This document shows positions 48,363 to 56,290 of a stretch of DNA of 56,290 bases, piece by piece; position 1 is the stretch's first letter, and each line of letters begins with the position of its first letter. Both the position numbers and the translations under genes were made by a program. The DNA comes from Puniceicoccaceae bacterium. Lineage in GTDB: Bacteria > Verrucomicrobiota > Verrucomicrobiia > Opitutales > Oceanipulchritudinaceae. Location of the stretch: the NCBI GenBank assembly GCA_040830765.1, contig JBFOMH010000014.1, positions 1-56,290 on the forward strand, written 5' to 3'. The notes below the pieces were generated by a model. The model saw nothing but the letters and a program-made list of their open reading frames with translations, made no database searches and was not told the DNA's origin.

Positions 48363-48881
48363 ATGGAATCCCTCCCATACAAAATCAGTTCGCTCGTCTA
48401 CCTTCGCAACACGGAAGGACAGCTCCTTCTCATGAAGCGGAAAAAGTCTCCCAACAAGGGACTTTGGAGTCCCATCGGAGGAAAGCTGGAGATGGGCACC
48501 GGTGAGTCCCCGCATCAGGCAGCTGCACGCGAAGTTAAGGAGGAGGTGGACCTTGATGTCAGTGTCAGCGACCTGCATCTCTTCGCCATGATTGCCGAAA
48601 AGAACTACGAGGACCGCTGTCATTGGCTGATGTTTCTCTTCGATTGTCGCAAGGCCCTCGAGTCCCTCCCTCAGCCCATTGATGAGGGCGATTTCGCTTT
48701 TTTCGAGGAGTCGGAAATTGATAAGCTGGATGTTCCAGCCACGGATCGCTCACAGCTGTGGCGGGTCTATTTCGAATCCCGGAACGACTTTGTAGCCCTC
48801 AGTGCCGATTGCCATTCCGACAAGGAACTATCGGTCAATGTCGACGAATTCATGCCCCTGCGGCATGGCGGGGAAAAATGA
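48363..48881 (+). CDS. NUDIX hydrolase (MutT/MutX-like)
   Basis: R.KSPNKGLWSPIGGKLEMGTGESP..AA.REVKEE. Start chosen at ATG 48363. Confidence 0.88.
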   Translation: MESLPYKISSLVYLRNTEGQLLLMKRKKSPNKGLWSPIGGKLEMGTGESPHQAAAREVKEEVDLDVSVSDLHLFAMIAEKNYEDRCHWLMFLFDCRKALESLPQPIDEGDFAFFEESEIDKLDVPATDRSQLWRVYFESRNDFVALSADCHSDKELSVNVDEFMPLRHGGEK

Positions 48882-49008
48882 GTACGGTGTTTTACAATTA
48901 CCGCAGATGCCTGTAATATCCCTCGAGACCGGCAGGAATTGACTTTTTGCTTGGATTGGCGGGGAGAATTCACTGCATTGGTCGCTTAGCTTTAATCAAA
49001 GGCAAACC

Positions 49009-50148
49009 GTGAAGAAAGAAGAACCGGAAACACATGATTTCAATGTGGGCCGCTCCCGCACCCTGGCAAAGGAAGACCTTTTTGCCTACGCGGAGGACCC
49101 CGTGAACAAATCCATGACCAAGGAGGAGAAGATCAAGTGCTTCACCGACTTGGTCCGCATCCGCAAGTTCGAGCAGGCTGCCTTGCAATCCTACCAGAAA
49201 GGTAAGATGGGTGGCTTTCTCCACCTCTACATCGGCCAGGAGGCAACGGTCGTGGGAACCGTGTCCGTCATGGGCAAGGACGACCACATTATCACTGCCT
49301 ACCGGGATCACGGGCACGCCCTGGCCGTTGGCATGAACATGAACGAGTGCATGGCCGAGCTCTACGGCAAGTTTACCGGCTGCTCCAAGGGCAAGGGCGG
49401 CTCGATGCACTACTTCGCCCCGGACAAGAACTACTGGGGCGGCCACGGGATCGTTGCCGGCCAGACCCCGCTCGGCCTTGGCCTGGCCTACGCCTTGAAG
49501 TACAAGGGTCTCAAGGGCTGTGCCATTTGCTACCTCGGTGACGGGGCCATCAACCAGGGTGTTTTCCACGAGTCACTCAATCTCGCCAGCCTGTGGGACA
49601 TTCCGGTGATTTACATCATCGAGAACAACGGCTATTCCATGGGTACCAGTCAGAACCGCTCCAGTGCCTTCCCGGAAGAGGGCCTCGCCGCGCGCGCCAA
49701 CAGCTACAAGATCGAGTTCGACACGGTTCACGGGGAAAACCTCTACGAAGTCCGGGCCAAGACCAATGTCGCTATCCAGAGAGCGTATGAGGAAAGCCGC
49801 CCGACGGTCCTGGAAATCTTCACCTACCGCTATTACGGCCACTCCATTGCTGATGCCAATCACCAGCGCTACCGGACCAAGGAGGAGATCCGCCACTACC
49901 AGGAGAACAAGGATCCGATCAATGTCTGGGAACAGATTCTCATCGAGGAAGGCCACCTTGACGAGGCCCAGGTCAAGGAGATCGACAAGGCCGCCAAGGA
50001 GGAAGCCAAGGCATCCGTGAAGTTTGCCGACGAGTCCCCCTTCCCTCCACCACAGGAGATCCTCTCGGATGTCTACCACTCGGTGGACAATCCCGGTACC
50101 CACACCAACGAGGGGGAAATCTTCTTCAACGATCAACTTCCTTTCTAA
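49009..50148 (+). CDS. pdhA: pyruvate dehydrogenase E1 alpha subunit
   Basis: GFLHLYIGQEA, YRDHG, KGKGGSMH, GDGA.NQG, ENN.Y.MGT, TYRYYGHS. Start uncertain (GTG 49009). Confidence 0.95.
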   Translation: MKKEEPETHDFNVGRSRTLAKEDLFAYAEDPVNKSMTKEEKIKCFTDLVRIRKFEQAALQSYQKGKMGGFLHLYIGQEATVVGTVSVMGKDDHIITAYRDHGHALAVGMNMNECMAELYGKFTGCSKGKGGSMHYFAPDKNYWGGHGIVAGQTPLGLGLAYALKYKGLKGCAICYLGDGAINQGVFHESLNLASLWDIPVIYIIENNGYSMGTSQNRSSAFPEEGLAARANSYKIEFDTVHGENLYEVRAKTNVAIQRAYEESRPTVLEIFTYRYYGHSIADANHQRYRTKEEIRHYQENKDPINVWEQILIEEGHLDEAQVKEIDKAAKEEAKASVKFADESPFPPPQEILSDVYHSVDNPGTHTNEGEIFFNDQLPF

Positions 50149-50157
50149 ATACCAGCA

Positions 50158-51147
50158 ATGGCTATCATTACTTACAGACAAGCGTTGAAAGACGCCCTCG
50201 CGGAAGAAATCGAACGCGACGAGAACGTCTTCATCATGGGCGAAGAAGTCGCCCAGTACAACGGTGCCTACAAGGTGACCGAAGGGCTCTGGAAGCGTTT
50301 CGGCGACAAGCGCCTGGTTGACGCTCCCATCTCTGAAGCCGGATTCATCGGCCTTGGTATCGGGGCATCCTTCCTCGGACTGCGACCGGTCATCGAGATG
50401 ATGTTCTTTTCCTTCGTCTTTGTGGCCTGGGACCAGGCGGTCAACAACGCCTCAACCATCCGCTACATGTCCGGCGGCAAGGTCAATTGCCCGATCGTCA
50501 TCCGTGGGCCGGCCAACGGCGGGACCAATGTCGGCGCCACCCACTCCCACACGCCGGAGAACATGGTGGCCAACTTTCCTGGACTGAAGGTTGTCTGCCC
50601 GGCCACCCCGGCCGATGCCAAAGGCCTTATGAAGAGCGCCATCCGGGATAACGATCCGGTCTTCTTCATGGAAAGCACCCTTCTTTACGGCAACGAGGGC
50701 GAAGTGCCGGATGATGAGGATTTCCTCATCCCTCTCGGCAAGGCGGATGTCAAACGGGAAGGTTCCGATATTACAATTATTACCCACGGGGGATGCGTCC
50801 TCGCCTCTCTCAAGGCGGCGGATGCCCTCAAGAAGGCCCACAACATCGATTGCGAAGTTGTGGACCTGCGCAGTATCCGGCCCCTCGACAAGGCAGCTAT
50901 CCTGAAGTCGGTCAAGAAGACCAACCGGGTCCTCCTGGTTGAGGAAAACAAGCCCTTCTGCGGGGTCGGGGCACAGCTTTCCCACATGATCCAGCGCGAG
51001 GCCTTTGACTACCTGGATGCACCCATCCATCGCATCAGCGCAGTCGATGCCCCGGCCATCTACAGCCCGCCTCTCGAGAAGATCCAGATTCCGGACGCCG
51101 CCCTGGTGGCCCGCGAGGTGCGGAATATCCTTCAAATCAAAGCCTGA
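50158..51147 (+). CDS. pdhB: pyruvate dehydrogenase E1 beta subunit
   Basis: GEEVAQYNGAYKVTEGL, D.PISEAGF.G, GLRPVIE, HS, PGLKVV.P, DLRSIRPLD. Confidence 0.96.
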   Translation: MAIITYRQALKDALAEEIERDENVFIMGEEVAQYNGAYKVTEGLWKRFGDKRLVDAPISEAGFIGLGIGASFLGLRPVIEMMFFSFVFVAWDQAVNNASTIRYMSGGKVNCPIVIRGPANGGTNVGATHSHTPENMVANFPGLKVVCPATPADAKGLMKSAIRDNDPVFFMESTLLYGNEGEVPDDEDFLIPLGKADVKREGSDITIITHGGCVLASLKAADALKKAHNIDCEVVDLRSIRPLDKAAILKSVKKTNRVLLVEENKPFCGVGAQLSHMIQREAFDYLDAPIHRISAVDAPAIYSPPLEKIQIPDAALVAREVRNILQIKA

Positions 51148-51189
51148 ATCTTGCAATCTTTCGACTGATAACCTGAATCCATAAGCACC

Positions 51190-52488
51190 ATGGCTGAAAT
51201 CATTGAAATGCCCAAACTGAGCGACACCATGACGTCGGGGACGCTCATCAAATGGCTCAAGAGTGAAGGCGACGCTGTCTCTTCCGGCGACATGATTGCC
51301 GAGGTGGAGACCGACAAGGCAACCATGGAGGTGGAATGCTTTGAGGATGGTGTCCTGTTGAAGCAATACATCCAGGAAGGCGACTCGGTCGAGATTGGCA
51401 GCCCCATATGTGCCGTCGGCGAAGAGGGAGAAGATGCTCCCGAAGCAGAGGTCAAAACCGCCAGCCCGGAAGCCACCGAAGAAGTAGCGGAAGAAAGCGA
51501 GGAACCGGAAGAAGAACAGGAAACTGCGGAAGCTGAAGAGAGTGAGCCTTCCGCCGAGCCAGCATCAGCATCCGCGCCCACCAGCACTACCGATGGCGGC
51601 CGTATCAAGATTTCCCCGTTGGCCCGCAAGATTGCCGAGGAACTGGGCGTGGCCCTTGAGCGTATTAAGGGAACCGGTCACGGCGGTCGGATCGTCCGCC
51701 AAGACGTCGAGGAAGCGGCCAAGAATCCGCAGGCCATGAGCAGTGCAGCGAGCAGTGGCCCCGCCCTCTCCCTGGGCAAGCTGGAGGAGAAGACGGAAAA
51801 GGTCAGCAACATGCGGGCCTCCATTGCCAAGGCACTGGTCAAGTCCAAGACTGAAGCCCCCCACTTTTACCTGCAGAGCGAAATCAATGCCGCCCCCCTT
51901 GCGGCAGCGCGGCAGGACCTTAATGAATTCCTGGCCAGCCTCCCGGCCAACGAAGGCGGTATCAAGTTCACCGTCAATGACCTGATCCTCAAGGCAGCCG
52001 CCATGGCGGTCTCCATGGTCCCGGCGATCAACCGTTCCTGGCAGGGCAGCACCATCAAACAGAGCGGTGCCGTCCACCTCGCCTTTGGGGTGGCCATTGA
52101 CGACGGCTTGGTGACTCCCGTCATCCGCGATGCCGGCACCAAGTCCCTGCGCCAGATTTCCATTGAAGCCAAGGAGCTCATCGTCAAGGCCCGCGACCGC
52201 AAGCTCAAGCCGGACGAAATGACTGGCAGCACGCTCACCGTGACCAACCTGGGCATGTTCGGGATTACCGATTTCTATGGCATCATCAATCCCGGCAATG
52301 CCGCCATTCTGAGTGTCGGGACCACCGTCAAGCAACCGGTTGTGGATGAAAACAACCAGATTTCCATTGGTTACCGGATGAAGGTGGGCCTCAGTGGCGA
52401 CCACCGGGTCATTGACGGGGCCGTCGGGGCCCAGTACCTGCAGGCCCTCGGCAAGATTCTCGAAAGGCCATCCATCCTGCTGGCTTAA
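51190..52488 (+). CDS. pdhC: dihydrolipoamide acetyltransferase E2 (single lipoyl domain)
   Basis: MPKLSDTM, EVETDKATME, ISPLARK, GRIVRQDV, TNLGMFG, DHRVIDGA. Confidence 0.96.
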   Translation: MAEIIEMPKLSDTMTSGTLIKWLKSEGDAVSSGDMIAEVETDKATMEVECFEDGVLLKQYIQEGDSVEIGSPICAVGEEGEDAPEAEVKTASPEATEEVAEESEEPEEEQETAEAEESEPSAEPASASAPTSTTDGGRIKISPLARKIAEELGVALERIKGTGHGGRIVRQDVEEAAKNPQAMSSAASSGPALSLGKLEEKTEKVSNMRASIAKALVKSKTEAPHFYLQSEINAAPLAAARQDLNEFLASLPANEGGIKFTVNDLILKAAAMAVSMVPAINRSWQGSTIKQSGAVHLAFGVAIDDGLVTPVIRDAGTKSLRQISIEAKELIVKARDRKLKPDEMTGSTLTVTNLGMFGITDFYGIINPGNAAILSVGTTVKQPVVDENNQISIGYRMKVGLSGDHRVIDGAVGAQYLQALGKILERPSILLA

Positions 52489-52512
52489 GCCAGTCCCGGA
52501 ATTGAGCTAAGC

Positions 52513-52545
52513 AAAAAAAAGGGCGACTGCCGAAGCAGCCGCCCT
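52513..52545 (-). terminator. rho-independent terminator of the TonB-dependent receptor gene
   Basis: Minus strand reads GGGCGGCTGC-TTCG-GCAGTCGCCC-T8, between convergent pdhC and the receptor. Confidence 0.88.
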
Positions 52546-52577
52546 GAAATTTCAGGTTTTATCCGTAATTCCGACCC

Positions 52578-55500
52578 TTAGAAGGTCAGGCGGGCACCCA
52601 ACTGGATAGCCCAGCGGGAACGAACACCACCGGTCTGGACGCGCTCGCTTTCCGGATCGAACTCCTCGAAGACGTACTTGCCATTCTCGAGGCTGGCTCC
52701 GACGACTTCCTGGTCGAACGGGAATCCGAATTCCTCGGTCAGGCCCCAGTCGCTGTCGAGCCAGTTAAGGACGTTCAGGAAGTCGACATAGAAAGTCAGT
52801 CCGACTTTTTCCCAGATCGGAATGTCCTGCTCGAACTTGATGTCGAGGCGCTGGACCCAGCGGTTGTACTGGGAATTACGCGGAGCATTGCGCCCGGCAT
52901 ATTTGGAGAGGCCGTTCTCCTTGACGAAGTCAAAGAAACCATCCTGATCGAAGCCCGACTCGAAGACGACATTGGAGTCGCCCGGACCAGTCGGGATGTA
53001 GAGCAGGTCGTTGTTGTCATCCCCGTCGCCATTGATGTCGCCATCAAAGGTCACACTATAGGGACGGCCGGAACGGGCCTCGAAGATGGCAGTGATCCGG
53101 GTCGGAGCATTGGCCACAAGCTCAAACTGGGTCCCGGCCATGACGAGGAAGCGGTGGTTAACCTCGAAGTTCGAAGTAGCCACTTCCGGATCATTCACGT
53201 TGAAGACCTGACGGTTGTAGTAGTTCGAGGTCGCACGGGAGCTGGTAAACGGATTAACATCCTTGGAAGTCCCGTTGACATAGGAGAACTTGGAGAACCA
53301 GCCACCGGTCATCTCGCGCTCGAGGGAGAGAGCGAAGTTGGTGGCATCGCCCGCATCGACATTACGCAGGACAAAGACACTGTCGTAGGTGTCGACTGCG
53401 GTCCCGTCGTAGATCTTGCGTCCATCAGCAGCTGCCCCATCGAGGGCCAGGTTGATGTCCTCAACATAGAGGGAGTCGTAGTTCTCGGTATGGATGACCT
53501 CGGCGGTCATGACCCACGGGCTTTCGCCAAGACGGTAGTCGAACGCCAGATTGGCCCGGATGATCCACGGGAGGGACAGGTTCGGGTCGGTGACATTGAC
53601 TTCAGGTGTCCCTGCGGCCTTCTCGATGTAGATAATCGGGTTTTCCTGATCGAGCTCCGTGCTCATGTAATCGATCCAGTCAAATCCGTCGATGTCGCCA
53701 AAGCGGATCCGGTTGCTGGTTTCCCCGTTGTTGGTGTAGGGATTGACCAGCCAGACACCCGGTGTACGGCCCTGGAAGATGCCAATGCCGCCACGAATCT
53801 GCATGTCCTTCTCCAGGTTCGGCTTGTAGTTGAAGCTGATACGCGGGGAGATGAGGGTCTTGCCGTCGATCTTGCCTGTATTCGGGATGCCGAACAGGTC
53901 CTCAAAGGGAACACCATTGCTGTCAGAGGCTTCCGGCGGGCGGTCACCCATGTCGGTGTAGTCCATCCGCAGACCGAGATTGACGTTCAGCTTGGGATTC
54001 ACTTCCCAGGCCGCCTGGACAAAAGCGCCGGTTACGGAAACTTCCGCCTCGGCAACTGGATTCTGGCCAGTCACGCCGGTATTACGGTAATTGTTACGGG
54101 AGCTCGAATTGAGAACACCATTGAAGTAATCATCGATGTTATCGAAGCCAAAGTTGGCGAAGGAACTTTCGAGGAAGAGATTGAAGAATGAGGCATCTTC
54201 ATAATCCACCCCGAAGGTGTAAGTGATGTTACCCTTGTAGTAGGTCCCGATGGCACTGAAGTTGTACGTGTCCACTTCAAGATTATTGGCGTGGCGGAAC
54301 TGCTCCGTACCGGAAAACAGCTCTCCGCTGCCGGTGGGCTCATAACTTCCGGCAACCCCGTCATCATCCGGGAAATTGTCGATGAAGATTTGCGGAATCA
54401 GCTCGTCCCATGTGGTGGGCTGGCGGTAGCGGTTGTAGCCGAAAGAGATCTCGGTCTCGAAATCGTCTGTCCAACTGCTGTACAACTGGGCGGTGTAGAA
54501 CCGTTCTTCGCGCTCTTGGCGATAGAAGTGGGAATCAAGGGAGGTTTCCCCACTGTCGTCGAAATTGCCGACATTCGGGTCTTCCCCCTGGGTATTCTGG
54601 TATTTGACCGCCAGGCGGTGCTTCTCATTGATATTCCAGTCCAGCTTGATGAGGTACTTCTCATCCGGCTGAACGCGCTTGCCAGCGGCACCATAATCAC
54701 CGAAATCAAACGGCAGGGAGCTGTTGAAGGCGAGCACATCGGCGATGGCATCCGGGTCCGGATCGAAACCGGGAACCCCACCTTCCTCAACGCGCTCAAA
54801 CTCTTCGTAATAGACAAAAAAGAACAGCTTGTCCTTGATGATGGGGCCACCGAGGGTCGCGCCCCAGGTCGTTTCCTCGAAGAAGTCGTTGGAGCCGTTG
54901 ACGTCACCGCGCATTCCACTGTCATAGTAGTAGCCGTAGAGGCTGCCATGGAACTCGTTTGTACCGGACTTGGTCACGGCATTGATAGCGGCACCGGTGA
55001 AACCACTACGGCGGGCGTCATAGGGAGACAACTCGACGGTAATGGCTTCAAGGGCATCGAAGGCGACCGGGTTGCGGAAGGACTGCACACCGGAGGAATC
55101 CAACCCGAACTGGTCGTTGATTCGCACACCGTCCAGCATCACCGAATTGAAGCGGTTACTTTGGCCAAGGGCGGTCAATTCGTTGCGGTCTTCCTCCGTG
55201 ATGGTGACGAACGGGCTGAGGCGAGCCACATCGTTGAGGTGCCGGCGGGTCGAGGGCGTACCATCGATCTCCACGCTGCCGTAGTTGGTGCTAACCCCCA
55301 TGTTGGTCGTATCGAAGATGTAGTCTCCCGACTGGGCCTCCACCGTGAAGGCTTCCAATTCGATGACCTCCTCTTCATCAACGGCCATCCGCAGGTTGGT
55401 CGTGCTGACCTGCCCAAGCGATGTGTAGACATCACTCACCGAGCGGTCAATCCGGCCATCAGCCGAAGCCGTGATGGTGTATGGTCCGCCGACGCGGACA

Positions 55501-55730
55501 CCGGAGAAGTTATACCGGCCGTTCTCCCGGGTGCGGGAGGTGTAGGTCGTTCCGGTAGGTGTGTGAACAGCCTGGACGGTTGCCCCCTCGATACCAGCTC
55601 CGCTGGCGTCAAGAACGCGGCCGCCAAGCCCCGACGAAGTGATCCCCTGCGCCATCAGGCCGGGAACAATCAGCATGCTTACGAGAACGCATGCCAATGA
55701 CTTAAGTACAGCACTTGATACTTTATTCAT
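52578..55730 (-). CDS. TonB-dependent receptor, Oar-like, with N-terminal carboxypeptidase-regulatory-like domain
   Basis: Signal peptide; G.V.D.SG....GATV...HTPTG, GGPYT, INAVTKSGTNEFHGS, GGPIIKDKLFFF, SPRISFNY; C-terminal QLGARLTF. Confidence 0.93.
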   Translation of the reverse strand: MNKVSSAVLKSLACVLVSMLIVPGLMAQGITSSGLGGRVLDASGAGIEGATVQAVHTPTGTTYTSRTRENGRYNFSGVRVGGPYTITASADGRIDRSVSDVYTSLGQVSTTNLRMAVDEEEVIELEAFTVEAQSGDYIFDTTNMGVSTNYGSVEIDGTPSTRRHLNDVARLSPFVTITEEDRNELTALGQSNRFNSVMLDGVRINDQFGLDSSGVQSFRNPVAFDALEAITVELSPYDARRSGFTGAAINAVTKSGTNEFHGSLYGYYYDSGMRGDVNGSNDFFEETTWGATLGGPIIKDKLFFFVYYEEFERVEEGGVPGFDPDPDAIADVLAFNSSLPFDFGDYGAAGKRVQPDEKYLIKLDWNINEKHRLAVKYQNTQGEDPNVGNFDDSGETSLDSHFYRQEREERFYTAQLYSSWTDDFETEISFGYNRYRQPTTWDELIPQIFIDNFPDDDGVAGSYEPTGSGELFSGTEQFRHANNLEVDTYNFSAIGTYYKGNITYTFGVDYEDASFFNLFLESSFANFGFDNIDDYFNGVLNSSSRNNYRNTGVTGQNPVAEAEVSVTGAFVQAAWEVNPKLNVNLGLRMDYTDMGDRPPEASDSNGVPFEDLFGIPNTGKIDGKTLISPRISFNYKPNLEKDMQIRGGIGIFQGRTPGVWLVNPYTNNGETSNRIRFGDIDGFDWIDYMSTELDQENPIIYIEKAAGTPEVNVTDPNLSLPWIIRANLAFDYRLGESPWVMTAEVIHTENYDSLYVEDINLALDGAAADGRKIYDGTAVDTYDSVFVLRNVDAGDATNFALSLEREMTGGWFSKFSYVNGTSKDVNPFTSSRATSNYYNRQVFNVNDPEVATSNFEVNHRFLVMAGTQFELVANAPTRITAIFEARSGRPYSVTFDGDINGDGDDNNDLLYIPTGPGDSNVVFESGFDQDGFFDFVKENGLSKYAGRNAPRNSQYNRWVQRLDIKFEQDIPIWEKVGLTFYVDFLNVLNWLDSDWGLTEEFGFPFDQEVVGASLENGKYVFEEFDPESERVQTGGVRSRWAIQLGARLTF

Positions 55731-55925
55731 GTCTATGGTTAGTGTGGATTGAGTAAGAAGGACTGAAAGATGGCAGAGGAATCGGAGGGGTCAAGTTGAA
55801 GTAATTAACACTTGGATTTCGTAACCCATTTGGCGCAATTGAGGGCTTCCACGAACAGTGGGGGACAAGGAAAATTCTTGCAGAAACCGGGCTCTACTTT
55901 CTACTCCAGACACTCTCGGAATCTC

Positions 55926-56171
55926 ATGGGACCCATCACCGTCATCAAGTATCTTCTCCTTTCCACTGTCCTGGTGGTCTCTCTCTTTTTCTCCATCCAT
56001 TGCCTCTTTGCCAGTGATGTGCGGCGGGAATCCTGGAGATTCGCCATCAAGCACCGGTTTTACCTAAGCCAGAAGACGTTCAAGAGGCTGAGCTACCTGT
56101 TCGGCGGGATCTTGCTGGTCCTGGCTTTGTATGTTGCCTATTTCCTGACACTGGATTTCCTCGAGGATTAA
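55926..56171 (+). CDS. small two-TM membrane protein
   Basis: MGPITVIKYLLLSTVLVVSLFF...LFGGILLVLALYVAYFL; TAATG overlap with the next gene. Confidence 0.65.
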   Translation: MGPITVIKYLLLSTVLVVSLFFSIHCLFASDVRRESWRFAIKHRFYLSQKTFKRLSYLFGGILLVLALYVAYFLTLDFLED

Positions 56172-56290
56172 TGGATGCATCAGCTGAAAAGTGGCAGGAG
56201 GGCCTGCCCAATGAGGTAGCTTTCTGGGAAGACTGGCTGGAGGGCCGAACCCGTTTCGCGGAGGACCGGGCCTTCCGGTTAAGCAGCAAC
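56171..56290 (+). CDS. partial CDS running off the right edge, possibly a class I SAM-dependent methyltransferase
   Basis: MDASAEKWQEGLPNEVAFWEDWL..., coupled to the upstream stop. Only 40 codons are visible, so the product is a guess from the E..FW pattern. Confidence 0.45.
   Translation, partial: MDASAEKWQEGLPNEVAFWEDWLEGRTRFAEDRAFRLSSN

Noticed and set aside
51143..51179. CCTGAATC repeated twice in the pdhB-pdhC spacer
   Set aside because: Only two 8-mers; compatible with chance or a decayed repeat.
49009..52488. pdhABC without lpdA
   Set aside because: E3 is commonly encoded elsewhere and shared between complexes.

Overview
GC-rich, gene-dense bacterial chromosome segment. It is most likely from Verrucomicrobiota (Opitutales-like), inferred from the three-domain IspG, the short ThrS carrying an insertion, and an Amuc_1098-type secretin. 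Most genes are housekeeping: cysE-uppS-cdsA-dxr-rseP-ispG, an ABC transporter pair, uppP, pdxH, a DegT aminotransferase, menC/menE, guaB, ispH, rdgB, ribD, thrS, speA plus carboxy(nor)spermidine genes, deoC with two ALDH genes, pspF/pspABC, pdhABC and an Oar-like TonB-dependent receptor. I found no rRNA, tRNA, CRISPR array or transposase. Most notable observations: (1) an exact Illumina P7 adapter at 44-67, which marks the left edge as artefactual; (2) a same-strand run of three exported proteins: an active S9 peptidase, an intact paralog that has lost its catalytic triad (GEDYG, a DPP6-like Ser->Asp change), and a thioester-less alpha-2-macroglobulin-like giant protein; (3) a translationally coupled, divergent Amuc_1101-1098-like (PilMN-O-P-Q) operon; (4) a split ALDH16-like enzyme; (5) a complete sigma54/PspF regulatory region; (6) intergenic hexamer/heptamer arrays; (7) signs of leaderless transcripts. 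All product calls come from reading motifs by eye; no database search was run.
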